DNA of 64,000 nt from Planctomycetota bacterium (GTDB lineage Bacteria > Planctomycetota > UBA1135 > UBA2386). Position 1 is the stretch's first letter, and every line of letters begins with the position of its first letter. Under the pieces are notes generated by a model. The model was not told the DNA's origin. It ran no database searches and worked only from the letters and a program-made list of their open reading frames with translations. The position numbers were made by a program, and so were the translations under genes. This document shows, in pieces, positions 44,833 to 54,019 of the stretch. The DNA is taken from NCBI GenBank assembly GCA_046290465.1, contig JBKAGP010000001.1, positions 1,785,484 through 1,849,483 on the forward strand. The letters run 5' to 3'.

Positions 44833-46467
44833 TCAGAGCCGCTCGAGGCGGCGCGCCGCGGCGATCGTCTCCGGCGTGTGGTCGGCCGCGTCGTAGATCT
44901 CGACGAACGTCTCGCACTCCTCGGCGTCGACGTAGCGCAGGTCGTCGACCCAGTGCGGCGGGATCGGCTGGTAGTGCACCCAGACCAGCACCGTCGCCTT
45001 CGGCAGGCCCTGCGCGTACGGCACGACCACCCGCACGGTGTCGCTGCCGCCGACGAAGTCGGCATCGTCGCCGATGCCGACCGGCGCGGTGTCGGCAGCG
45101 TGCGGGCCGTCGGCGCGCCAGCCCTTCGGCAGCAGCCGGTTGTCCTTGCGGCGACGCGCCATCCGGGTCAGCGAAGTGGTCGGCTCCCCGTCCGGATCGT
45201 CGGCGACCTGCTCCCAGACCAGCACGTCGAACGTCGACTCGATCCGGTCGACGTGCTCGTGTTCGAGCGGGCTGATCACGCCCTCGATCGCCCCATCGCG
45301 GTCGAAGCCGCCGCAGTCGAACACGACGCCCTGCTCGTTCTCGACCCGCACGTGCAGCCACGCGCGCCGCGCCGGATAGCCGGTCGGAAACTTGTGCCCG
45401 GTCAGGTTGTCGACGCGCACCTCGAAGTGCAGTTCGTCGCCGCGGTGCGCGACCTCGCCGATGGTGACGTCCACCGTCGCCGTCGTCAGCTGCCGCCGCG
45501 TCGCCTTGGCCATGCGGCGCAGGTCCTGTGCCGAGGCCTCGACTCCGAGCCGTTCGCGGTGGTCGGCGAGCAGTTCGAGCAGGAACGCGTTGCCGCCGAC
45601 GAACGCGTGCGCGCGGTACGGCCCGCGCGCCGGCAGCAGGAAGTCGCTGCCGTCCGGGTTGCGCGCGATGCGGGTCGGCCCGACGTCGGCCATGTGGCAC
45701 TGCTGGCAGGTGCGCGACGCGCCGGTCGCCCCCTCCTCGTCGCTGAACACGCTGTTGCGCCACTCGAGGTACGGCGTCTGCTCCGGGAAGCGCTCGCCCT
45801 GGTGGCGGGTCGACAACGTATGGCAGGTGCCGCACAGCGCCGCGTCGCGCAGGTGTTCGCCGTGCATCGCCGCGTAGCCACTCATGCCGCGCATCACGTC
45901 GGCCTCGGGGTGTTCGTAGGGGCCGTAGATCACCCGGCCTCGCCCGATCCGCCCCTTGCCGTCGAAGGTGGTCTCGTCGCCGAGGCTGCGCGCGCGGATC
46001 TGGTGGCAGACCGTGCACGACACGCCGTCCCGTGCCAGCGGGTCGTCGGCCGCCTGGCGCACCGACAGCGGCTCCTGGCCACCCATCGTGCGCGTGCGCT
46101 CGTGCATCGGCGCGTGGCAGCGCATGCAGAAGCCCTGCAGTTCGCCGGCGCGGTCGGGCTGCTCGGCGCACTCGCGCGCGACCGCGGCCCGCCAGTACGG
46201 GTCGCGAAAGCTGTTGGCCATCACCGTGGCCTGCCACAGCCGGTGCGGCGAGACGTCCTCGCCGAGGCGAGAGCGCATCGCGTTGCTGTTCTCGGCGCCA
46301 CTGTGGCAACGCGCACAGCCGTCGGCGGTCGCGAACACCTCGTTGCTGCCGGCCGGCCGCCCCCCGCCCCACGCGGGTCCGGGGCCGAGCGGACGGCGCG
46401 GATCCTGGACGAACGCGGTCGCGCCGCACCAGCTGGCGAGCGCGAGCGCCAGCAGGCGGCGACGCAT
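44833..46467 (-). CDS. Secreted multiheme c-type cytochrome (five CxxCH)
   Basis: The signal is MRRRLLALALASWCG. The heme motifs are CARCH, CMRCH, CTVCH, CGTCH and CQQCH. The C-terminal NLTGHKFPTGYPARRAWL motif is present. The start lies 4 nt after the upstream esterase stop. Confidence 0.85.
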   Translation of the reverse strand: MRRRLLALALASWCGATAFVQDPRRPLGPGPAWGGGRPAGSNEVFATADGCARCHSGAENSNAMRSRLGEDVSPHRLWQATVMANSFRDPYWRAAVARECAEQPDRAGELQGFCMRCHAPMHERTRTMGGQEPLSVRQAADDPLARDGVSCTVCHQIRARSLGDETTFDGKGRIGRGRVIYGPYEHPEADVMRGMSGYAAMHGEHLRDAALCGTCHTLSTRHQGERFPEQTPYLEWRNSVFSDEEGATGASRTCQQCHMADVGPTRIARNPDGSDFLLPARGPYRAHAFVGGNAFLLELLADHRERLGVEASAQDLRRMAKATRRQLTTATVDVTIGEVAHRGDELHFEVRVDNLTGHKFPTGYPARRAWLHVRVENEQGVVFDCGGFDRDGAIEGVISPLEHEHVDRIESTFDVLVWEQVADDPDGEPTTSLTRMARRRKDNRLLPKGWRADGPHAADTAPVGIGDDADFVGGSDTVRVVVPYAQGLPKATVLVWVHYQPIPPHWVDDLRYVDAEECETFVEIYDAADHTPETIAAARRLERL

Positions 46468-46471
46468 GCGA

Positions 46472-47227
46472 TCAGGCCTCGGCTTCGGCCTTCTGCGGCA
46501 GCAGTTCGCCGAGGAACTGCGGCAGCATCTTGCGCCAGGTCACCCAGTCGTGGCGCCACTCGGTGCCCCACGCGTCGACGCGGTTGGGGATGCCCTTGGG
46601 CCCGAGCACGCGCTCGACGTTCCAGCTCTGCTGCGGCTCCTCGTAGTCGCCCTGGCCGTGCGCCAGCAGGATGAAGCGCTGCTTGAGCAATTCGAGGTGC
46701 TTGCCCTCGAGGTCCGGCACGAAGTCGAGCGGCGAACTCTCGTAGTAGTCGCGCGTCATCTCGCCATCGAGGAACTTGTTCATGTTGTAGGTGCCGCTCA
46801 TGCAGATCGCCGTCTGGAACTTGTCCGGGTGGCGACACAGCACCGACAGCGCGTTGAACGCGCCGATCGACGAACCGGCGGCCCAGATCATGCCGCCGTC
46901 GCCACCGCAGTCGCGGTGGATGGCCGGTACGACCTCGTTGACGATGCACTGGTCGAAGCGGTTCTGCGCGGCGGCAGCCTCGCGCAGCGTGCGGCACTCC
47001 TGCAGCCACGCCTGGCCGGCCAGCGAGTCGACCACGTAGACCTTCAACCGCAGGTCCTTGATGAACTCGCCGATCGCGCTGATCAGGTGGAACCGCTCCG
47101 GCTCCTCGGCATCGCCACCGGCGGTCGGGAACAGCAGCAGCGGTGTGCCGGACACGCCGTAGCGGCAGAAGGTGATCTCGCGGCCGCCCATCGACGGCGA
47201 CTTCCAGGTGATCTTGTGCTTGCTCAC
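46472..47227 (-). CDS. Esterase-family alpha/beta hydrolase (PF00756-like)
   Basis: The nucleophile elbow is AAGSSIGAF, and the overall pattern is esterase D/Fes-like (LLLFPTAGGD..., ILLAHGQGDYE). The start codon at 47227 is GTG. Confidence 0.75.
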   Translation of the reverse strand: MSKHKITWKSPSMGGREITFCRYGVSGTPLLLFPTAGGDAEEPERFHLISAIGEFIKDLRLKVYVVDSLAGQAWLQECRTLREAAAAQNRFDQCIVNEVVPAIHRDCGGDGGMIWAAGSSIGAFNALSVLCRHPDKFQTAICMSGTYNMNKFLDGEMTRDYYESSPLDFVPDLEGKHLELLKQRFILLAHGQGDYEEPQQSWNVERVLGPKGIPNRVDAWGTEWRHDWVTWRKMLPQFLGELLPQKAEAEA

Positions 47228-47254
47228 GACTGCGGAGAGGAGGGGTCGGGTGGA

Positions 47255-48499
47255 TCAGGCGGTGGCCGAGGCCATCTCGTCGACGGACTGCTGCACCAGC
47301 GCATGGAAGCGTCCGGTGAACTCGTCGACCTCGTGCTCGGGGAACAGGTTGGCGACCTTCAGCCGGATCGCCTGCTCGCAGCGCTCGCTGCGGAACCACG
47401 CGTAGGCGGCCTCCTCGAGCGGCTGCAGGTACTTCTTGCAGAAGGCCTCGAAGTCGTCGGTTGCCAGCCGCTCGCGCGCGATCGCGGCGTAGCCGGCGAG
47501 CTTCTCGCGGTACGGCAGGTCCTTGCCGGCGATCGCGTAGTAGGGCTCGAAGTCGAGCGTCTTGCGCATCGGCCGCTGCGTCGCCGCGTTGAACACCGCC
47601 CACTTGAGGTTGCTGATCACGTACCACGGCCAGTGGTAGTGGATCGAGTTGACCTGGTTGTCCGGGCACGGGTTGGCGAAGTCGATCGGGTAGAACACGC
47701 CGTCGCGCCGCAGCATCTCGCAGCTGTTGAAGTCCCAGCCGAAGAACGTGTTGATCGTCAGGCAGGTGTCCTCGATCAGCTGCCGCGCCTCGTCGTCGAC
47801 GAAGTCGCGATCGATCCGGTAGCGCTCGTGCAGCGGCTGGCTCGGGTCGTACTTCATGACGCGCACCTGCGGGCCGATGCCGACCGCGCGCACGAACACG
47901 TCGAAGCCCTTGACCGCTTCCTGCAGGTGCATCAGGTCGGTGCCGCTCGCGTCGTAGGCCTTGGTCAGCCCGTCGGCGTCGTCGACCTTGGTGACGCCGC
48001 GCCAGCCGCCGCCGTCGAACGGCTTGAGGAAGGACGGGTAGCCGAGTTGCTCCCCGATCGGACCGAGGTCGAACAGCTTCGCGTAGTGCTGCAGCGTGTA
48101 GTCGAGGTCGCTGAGTTCGCCGTAGCTCTTCTGCGGCAGCATCACCGTCTTCGGGATCGGCATGCCGAGCACCGTCATCGCGCAGTAGCTCGAGTGCTTC
48201 TCGTAGCTCTGCACCGACCACGGATTGTTGTAGACGTAGAGGTCGTCCATCAGCACGCCCTTCTTGATCCACTCCCGCTGCAGCGTGAACCAGTGGGTCA
48301 GGCGGTCGACGACGACGTCGTACTTGCAGCCCTGCTCGAGCAGGAACGGCTGCAGGTCGACGCGCTCGCACGCGAAGTCGACGGTCTGCCTGCCGATCTT
48401 CAGCTTCAGCTTGCTGTCGGCGAGGATCTGTTCGAACGCGAGCGGCCAACAGATGTCGGCGCCGAGGGAGAGACCGATGTGACGAGTGACGGCGGGCAT
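47255..48499 (-). CDS. ATP-grasp domain protein, substrate unknown
   Basis: The sequence has YPSFLKPFDGGGWRGVTKV (phosphate-binding strand and loop), LMHLQEAV, FVRAVGIG and NSCEMLRRDGVFYPIDFANPCPD (Mg/ATP-binding E..N). No specific subfamily was recognised. Confidence 0.7.
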   Translation of the reverse strand: MPAVTRHIGLSLGADICWPLAFEQILADSKLKLKIGRQTVDFACERVDLQPFLLEQGCKYDVVVDRLTHWFTLQREWIKKGVLMDDLYVYNNPWSVQSYEKHSSYCAMTVLGMPIPKTVMLPQKSYGELSDLDYTLQHYAKLFDLGPIGEQLGYPSFLKPFDGGGWRGVTKVDDADGLTKAYDASGTDLMHLQEAVKGFDVFVRAVGIGPQVRVMKYDPSQPLHERYRIDRDFVDDEARQLIEDTCLTINTFFGWDFNSCEMLRRDGVFYPIDFANPCPDNQVNSIHYHWPWYVISNLKWAVFNAATQRPMRKTLDFEPYYAIAGKDLPYREKLAGYAAIARERLATDDFEAFCKKYLQPLEEAAYAWFRSERCEQAIRLKVANLFPEHEVDEFTGRFHALVQQSVDEMASATA

Positions 48500-48518
48500 G
48501 GGCTACGGGCCAGAGACC

Positions 48519-49652
48519 TTACTCGTAGACGTGCCAGAGCGGGCCAGGGAACAGCCAGGAAAGCCCCTCGCGCAGCCGATCGCGCCAGTTCTCCCAGTTG
48601 TGGCCGTCGTTGGCCTCGCGGAACCGGACCTGCATGCCGGTGTCCTGCATCAGCGGGACCAGCGACCGGTTGTAGTAGATCAGCGACTCGTAGACGCCGC
48701 AGCTGACGAACACGTTGTCGGCCGGCCGGCCGGGCGCCTTGCGGAACTTGTTGACGAACTTGACGACCGGATCGAAGACCGGGCCGCGGTCGTGTTCGCC
48801 GATCTCGGTGAACACGAACGAGCCGGACTGCAGCAGCAGCTTGCCGAAGAAGCCCGGGTGCTTCCACGCCGTCGACAGCGACGCGACCGCCCCGAACGAC
48901 GCCCCCATGATCGCGCGCGCCGACGGCTCGCGGACCAGCGGCAGCAGGTCCTCCATCTGCGGCACCAGATCCTTGACGATGAAGTCGGCGTGGCGGTCGT
49001 CGGCCGCGTACTCGTTCATCCGGTCCGGCGACTGCGTCATGATCGCGATCAGCGGCGGCAGCTCGAGCCGGTGGATCAGGTTGTCGAGCGTCTCCTGCAG
49101 GCTCGCGAACTTCAGGTAGTCGAAGCCGTCGTGCACGACCAGCAGCGGGTAGCGCCGCGTCTCGCGGAAGCGCGCCGGCCGGTAGACCTGGATCGGGCGC
49201 CAGTCGCCGAACGTCGGGCTGTCGACGTGCCGTTCTTCGATCGTGCCCTTGCGCGCCTCGGGGTCCGCGACGGTCCATTCCGGCGGCTCGTAGCCCTCGC
49301 CGTAGACGACCGAGTTGGCCCCGAACGGATCGCGCGCGGTGTGCGCGTTGAGCGGGTCGCGGACCAGCTTGCCGCGCCCGAACATCATCACGCCGATCTT
49401 GTATTCCATGCGCGAACCGCGCGGCAGGTCGATCTGCAGCACCCACAGGTCCGACCGCCCCAGGCGCCGGAACGGCAGTTCGCCGGGCAGGCCGTGGATC
49501 CAGTGGTGCAGCGACACCTCCTGCGCCTCGCCGCGGAACAGGAACGTCACGTTGCGCCCTTCGACGTGCGGGAACTCGAGGTCGCCGAGGATCCTCTCGA
49601 TCGCCTGCGGACCGCCCACCTGCGCCGCTTCGAGCCGTTCTACCAGCGTCAT
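48519..49652 (-). CDS. Esterase-family hydrolase with N-terminal E-set/CBM48-like domain (enterochelin-esterase-like architecture)
   Basis: The ATG at 49652 overlaps the upstream TGA (ATGA). The N-terminal beta domain has VTFLFRGEAQEVSL...WVLQIDLPRGSRMEYKI. The catalytic part has PLLVVHDGFDY and the IMGASFGAVASL elbow. Confidence 0.8.
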   Translation of the reverse strand: MTLVERLEAAQVGGPQAIERILGDLEFPHVEGRNVTFLFRGEAQEVSLHHWIHGLPGELPFRRLGRSDLWVLQIDLPRGSRMEYKIGVMMFGRGKLVRDPLNAHTARDPFGANSVVYGEGYEPPEWTVADPEARKGTIEERHVDSPTFGDWRPIQVYRPARFRETRRYPLLVVHDGFDYLKFASLQETLDNLIHRLELPPLIAIMTQSPDRMNEYAADDRHADFIVKDLVPQMEDLLPLVREPSARAIMGASFGAVASLSTAWKHPGFFGKLLLQSGSFVFTEIGEHDRGPVFDPVVKFVNKFRKAPGRPADNVFVSCGVYESLIYYNRSLVPLMQDTGMQVRFREANDGHNWENWRDRLREGLSWLFPGPLWHVYE

Positions 49653-50587
49653 CGCGCCACCTCCTCGACCTTGCCGTTCTCGCCGAGCCGGCGGCCGGCG
49701 GTGTGCGCGTGCCAGCGATCGTCGCGGAAGTCCCAGCGCACCCCGTAGTCGAGCAGGCCGCACAGCGCCGGCGCGAACCGGCGCGACAGCAGCTGCACGC
49801 GCACCGTGTCGGAGGTCTGCAGGCGGTGCGTTGCGTGCGGCAGCGCGACGAACCCCGGCAGCAGACCGAAGCCCGCCTCCATCACCTCGGCGTAGGAGCT
49901 GCCCTGCGGCGGCGAGTCGTGGAACAGCACGATGCGTTCGGTCAGCGCCATCGCGCCGGCCGACCACGCGACCACCGGCCGGTCGCCCCAGAGCCGGCAC
50001 AGCTCGAACAGGCGCAGCCGGTGCAGCAGCACGCCGATGTGGCCGCCGGCCACCAGCAGGCACGAGACCCCGGCGAGCAGGTCCTCGAGTTCCCGGCGCT
50101 CTTTCTGCACGACCGCGCGCTCTGTGGGGCGCACGCGCTGCTCGAACTCGGCGTGGATCTCGGCGACGCGCGCCATGTGCTGCCGATCGAGGCCGCGCAC
50201 CAGCTCCCAGGCGTCCTGTTCCTCGGCGTCGACCCACGGGTCCTCGCCGACGCGCTGCAGCAGTTCGCGGGTCGGCTCCATCAGGCCTTCGAGGCGCAGC
50301 CGGTAGAGGTCCTGCACGCGGCGCAGCGTCGCGTGCCGTTCGCGCATCGCCTTGAGCAGTTCCTTGTCCTTGTCGAGGATCCGCTCGACCCGCGCCCAGA
50401 TGCGCAGGTTCTCGACCGGGCGGCAGACGTGCTCGCGCAGCTCCTCGTCCTCGTCCTCCCGCTCTTCCCAGCCGGCCGTCACCAGCGCCACCGACGCCCG
50501 GCGCGACCCGACCAGGTCGTCGAGCGCCTCGCAGAGGATCGGTTCGCGGCGCTGGGGCCCCAGCACGATCGCAGTCGACAGCTTCAC
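49649..50587 (-). CDS. Type-1 glutamine-amidotransferase-like / peptidase S51 (PepE/cyanophycinase)-like protein with a large helical insertion
   Basis: The sequence has LLVAGGHIGVLLHRL and VVAWSAGAMAL (S51-like SAGA nucleophile elbow). An insertion of about 130 aa of charged coiled coil is present. I place the start at GTG 50587 (or 50593). The ORF-track start (TTG at 50653) lies inside the 84-nt hairpin. Confidence 0.55.
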   Translation of the reverse strand: MKLSTAIVLGPQRREPILCEALDDLVGSRRASVALVTAGWEEREDEDEELREHVCRPVENLRIWARVERILDKDKELLKAMRERHATLRRVQDLYRLRLEGLMEPTRELLQRVGEDPWVDAEEQDAWELVRGLDRQHMARVAEIHAEFEQRVRPTERAVVQKERRELEDLLAGVSCLLVAGGHIGVLLHRLRLFELCRLWGDRPVVAWSAGAMALTERIVLFHDSPPQGSSYAEVMEAGFGLLPGFVALPHATHRLQTSDTVRVQLLSRRFAPALCGLLDYGVRWDFRDDRWHAHTAGRRLGENGKVEEVAR

Positions 50588-50620
50588 CCCCACAGCCTTA
50601 CCCCAGCAAGCGACCCGTTG

Positions 50621-50704
50621 GAAGGTTGCCGTGCGACGCGGTTCATCCTGCAACTTCGCGTTCCGCGAAGTTGGAGGATGAACCGTCGACGTACGGCAAC
50701 CTTC
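50621..50704. repeat. 84-nt near-perfect inverted repeat (long hairpin) between slyX and the S51-like gene
   Basis: The left arm is 50621..50660, the loop is ttc, and the right arm is 50664..50704. Paired blocks of 12 + 10 + 10 bp are separated by a 7x8 internal loop and one G-G mismatch. The hairpin overlaps the slyX TGA by 2 nt. Confidence 0.9.
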
Positions 50705-50909
50705 AGCCGCCCCAGTGGGGTGGGCGGGTGTCGTGGGGTTCGAGGTCGTCGTCGTCGCTCTTCTTCTTGAGCTGGTCGAGGAGCAGGCGGACGGTTGCCT
50801 GCAGGCTCTCGATCTGCTTGCGCTGCTCGTGCAGTTCGCCGCTCAGCCCGTCGACGGTGCGTTCGAGCATGGCGATCTTGGATTCGAGTTCGATGCGGTC
50901 GGGTTCCAT
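50703..50909 (-). CDS. slyX: SlyX-family coiled-coil protein
   Basis: The 68-aa protein reads MEPDRIELESKIAMLERTVDGLSGELHEQRKQIESLQATVRLLLDQL, matching SlyX in length and heptad pattern. Confidence 0.8.
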   Translation of the reverse strand: MEPDRIELESKIAMLERTVDGLSGELHEQRKQIESLQATVRLLLDQLKKKSDDDDLEPHDTRPPHWGG

Positions 50910-50928
50910 GGAACGGCTGGGCGCGCCC

Positions 50929-51942
50929 TCAGGCGAGGTCGCTGTCGCCGAGCGTGTACCACCAGCGCTCCGCGAGGAACTCCGGCGTGATCTCGGCCTT
51001 GCAGATGTTGTGGATCAGGCGGCGCTGCAGCCAGGTCGACGACGGCGTCTCGACGAAGCCGCGCGCCAGCAGGTGCGCGTGCTCGTGCGACCACGGCGGG
51101 AACACCGCCATCAGCCGCTGCCGGCCCTCGTCGTGCTGGCGCGCGACCGCCCGGGCGAGCAGCGCGTCGGCCGCGTCGGCGTCGGCCTCGGGCACCAGCC
51201 AGTCGGCGATCGTGCAGGCGTCGGGCGCGAGTCCGGAGCCCGGCTTGAGCACCATCAGGCCGCACAGCGCACCGCCTCGCCGCACCGCCCACAGCTCGTA
51301 GTCGGCGGCCGCCGGATTCTGCACGTAGCGCCAGTCGAGGTAGCGCGCGTCGCGGCGCAGCAGGCACTGCTTGTCGGCGCGCACCTGCGCATACAGCGCC
51401 TCGACGTCGGCGGGCACGACGTCGACCTTCTCGACGACCAGGCCAGCGGGCGCCTCGAGCGGCCCGGCGTCCCGTTCACGGATCACGAAGTCGATCACGC
51501 GCATCATCTCGTACTCGAGGTAGCGCTTGCCGATCCGGTAGGCGGCGTCGACCGGGAAGCCGTAGAACAGCGCATCGCCGATCTCGCGGCTGTGCGCCCA
51601 GAACGGCATGCAGGTCTCGACGAACAGGCTCTTGGCCTTCAGCCCCTGCCGCCAGTCCGGGTGCGTCATCGAATCGACGCAGTGCACGAACAGCTGTTCG
51701 CCCCACGGCGTGTCGTAGCGCATCGGCATGCCGGCGTACTGCGACGCGACCGTGCCGTCGTCGGCGACCGCGATCGAGATCCGCTGACCGGCCGGGTTGT
51801 GCTCGTAGGCCCAGCGCCACTGCTGCAGCGTGCGGTCGACGTAGTCCGGCCCGCAGACCTCGCGGAACACCAGGTTGAATGTCTTCAGGATCGCCGACTC
51901 GTCGCCGGGCCGGTACGGACGGATCGTCAGACCGTCGCTCAC
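50929..51942 (-). CDS. GNAT-family N-acetyltransferase (two-domain, Eis/Acetyltransf_9-like)
   Basis: The GTG start at 51942 overlaps the punA TGA (GTGA) and gives VSDGLTIRPYRPGDESAILKTFNLVF... (GNAT N-terminus). The 337-aa length includes a C-terminal accessory domain. Confidence 0.8.
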   Translation of the reverse strand: MSDGLTIRPYRPGDESAILKTFNLVFREVCGPDYVDRTLQQWRWAYEHNPAGQRISIAVADDGTVASQYAGMPMRYDTPWGEQLFVHCVDSMTHPDWRQGLKAKSLFVETCMPFWAHSREIGDALFYGFPVDAAYRIGKRYLEYEMMRVIDFVIRERDAGPLEAPAGLVVEKVDVVPADVEALYAQVRADKQCLLRRDARYLDWRYVQNPAAADYELWAVRRGGALCGLMVLKPGSGLAPDACTIADWLVPEADADAADALLARAVARQHDEGRQRLMAVFPPWSHEHAHLLARGFVETPSSTWLQRRLIHNICKAEITPEFLAERWWYTLGDSDLA

Positions 51943-52781
51943 GCCTGCCTCCGACAGAACTCCGTGACCACGGCGGTCATCGCCTGCGCGGCGCCGCGGC
52001 CGGCCTCGATGACCTCGTCGTGGGACAGCGGCTGGTCCGAGATCCCCGCCGCGAGGTTGGAGATCAGCGACATGCCGCATACCTCCGCAGCCATCGCGCG
52101 CAGCGCGATCGCCTCGTGCACCGTGCTCATGCCCACGGCATCGGCTCCGAGCGTGCGCAACATGCGCACTTCCGCAGGAGTCTCGTACGAAGGGCCGAGC
52201 AGGCCCGCGTAGACGCCCTGCTGCAGCCCCCGAGGCAGACCCTGGCCGCAAGCCAGCAGCTGCGCGCGCAGCTCCCGCGAGTAGACGGCGCTCATGTCCG
52301 GGAAGCGCGGCCCGAAGACCTGGTCGTGGCCGCCGATCAGCGGCGACTGGCCGGTCAGGTTGAGGTGGTCGGTCAGCACCATCAGGTCCCCCGCCGACAG
52401 CTCCGCGCCGATGCCGCCGGCCGCGTTGGTCAGCAGGAACCTCGCGACCCCCAGGCGCCGCACGGTGCGCACGCAGCGCACCACCTCGGCCGGCGACCAG
52501 CCCTCGTAGAGGTGCACGCGCCCGGTCAGGCACGCGACCCCGACGCCCGCGATCCGGCCGAACACGACCGCGCCGCCGTGGCCCTCGACCTTCGGCCGCG
52601 GCCAGTCCGGCACGTGGCCGAACGGGATCTCGACGCGGTCCTCGAGCACGTCGGCGAACGTCTTGAGGCCGCTGCCGAGCACCAGGCCGAGGCGCACCTC
52701 GGCGAGCACCGATGCGTCGATGCGCGCCGACAGCCAGGTCGCCGCGCGGTCGATGCGCTGCAGTTCTTCTTGCGGATTCAT
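51939..52781 (-). CDS. punA: Purine nucleoside phosphorylase (trimeric PNP/PunA type)
   Basis: Motifs LGLVLGSGL, GRVHLYEGW, FPDMS..Y and GADAVGMSTVHEAI are present. The ATG at 52781 overlaps the nupC TGA (ATGA). Confidence 0.9.
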   Translation of the reverse strand: MNPQEELQRIDRAATWLSARIDASVLAEVRLGLVLGSGLKTFADVLEDRVEIPFGHVPDWPRPKVEGHGGAVVFGRIAGVGVACLTGRVHLYEGWSPAEVVRCVRTVRRLGVARFLLTNAAGGIGAELSAGDLMVLTDHLNLTGQSPLIGGHDQVFGPRFPDMSAVYSRELRAQLLACGQGLPRGLQQGVYAGLLGPSYETPAEVRMLRTLGADAVGMSTVHEAIALRAMAAEVCGMSLISNLAAGISDQPLSHDEVIEAGRGAAQAMTAVVTEFCRRQA

Positions 52782-54019
52782 GCGGAGGCGGGAGCCGACA
52801 GCACGCCGGCGACACAGGCGGTCATGCAGGTGGCGATCGCGCCGGCGAACATCGCGCGCAGGCCGATCTTGGCGAGGTCGCCGCGGCGCTCGGGCGCCAT
52901 CGCACCGAGCCCACCGACCTGGATCGCGACGCTGCCGAAGTTGGCGAAGCCGCACAGCGCGAAGCTCGCGATCAGCGCGGTGCGTTCGCTGATCTGGTTC
53001 TGCTCGATCATCGGACCGAGCTTGCCGTAGGCGACCAGTTCGGTGACCGCGATCTTGGTGCCGAGCAGTTCGGCGAGGATCGGGATCTCGCTGGCCGGCA
53101 CCCCCATCACCGCGGCGATCGGATAGAAGACGATCGCCAGCGCCCCCTCCACCGACCAGTCGGCGTGGACCAGGCCGAGCGCCGCGTTCATCACCGCGAC
53201 CAGGCCGAGGAACGCGATCAGCATCGCGCCGACGTTGAGCGCCAGCTTGAGGCCGTCGCCGGCGCCGCCCGCGGCCGCCTCGACGACGTTGCCGTAGGGC
53301 GACGTCTCGACCTTGCTGATCGTGCCCATGGTCTGGCTCTGCTCGGTCTCCGGCCACAGCATCTTGGTGCAGACCAACCCGGCCGGGACCGCCATCACCG
53401 AGCCGACCATCAGGTGGCCGGCGTCGACGCCGAAGCCGACGTAGAGCGCGAACACGCCGCCGGCGATGGTCGCGAAGCCGCCGACCATGATCGCGTGCAG
53501 TTCGCTCATGGTCATGTCCTTCAAGAACGGCTTCACCAGCAGCGGCGCCTCGGTCTGGCCGACGAACACGTTGCCGCACGCCGACAGCGACTCGCTGCCG
53601 GACGTGCCCAGCAGCCGCACCATCACCCACGCCATCTGGCGCACGATCCACTGCATCACGCCGAGGTGGTAGAGCACGGCCATGAAGCTGCTGAAGAAGA
53701 TCAGCGTCGGCAGCACCATGAACGCGAACACGAAGCCCTTCTCGGCGCCGAACACCTGGCGGACCTCGCCGGGCTCGGCGAGCGCGCCGAACACGAACGA
53801 GCTGCCGATCTGCGACAGCTCGAGGAACTCCTTCACCCGATCGGCGACGTAACGCAACGCCTCGTTGCCGGTGCTCCAGTACAAGAACGTGAGGCCGAGC
53901 ACCGCCTGCAGCAACAGGCCGGTGCCGACGAGCCGCCACTTGATCGCCCTGCGATCGCGCGAGCACGCGAAGCAGACGGCGAGCATGGCCAGGATGCCGC
54001 AGAAGGAGACGAACTGCAT
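52778..54019 (-). CDS. nupC: NupC/CNT-family nucleoside transporter
   Basis: The ATG at 54019 gives MQFVSFCGILAML. Motifs GNVFVGQTEAPLLVKPFL, MVGGFATIAGGV and FALCGFANFGSV are present. Confidence 0.9.
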   Translation of the reverse strand: MQFVSFCGILAMLAVCFACSRDRRAIKWRLVGTGLLLQAVLGLTFLYWSTGNEALRYVADRVKEFLELSQIGSSFVFGALAEPGEVRQVFGAEKGFVFAFMVLPTLIFFSSFMAVLYHLGVMQWIVRQMAWVMVRLLGTSGSESLSACGNVFVGQTEAPLLVKPFLKDMTMSELHAIMVGGFATIAGGVFALYVGFGVDAGHLMVGSVMAVPAGLVCTKMLWPETEQSQTMGTISKVETSPYGNVVEAAAGGAGDGLKLALNVGAMLIAFLGLVAVMNAALGLVHADWSVEGALAIVFYPIAAVMGVPASEIPILAELLGTKIAVTELVAYGKLGPMIEQNQISERTALIASFALCGFANFGSVAIQVGGLGAMAPERRGDLAKIGLRAMFAGAIATCMTACVAGVLSAPASA

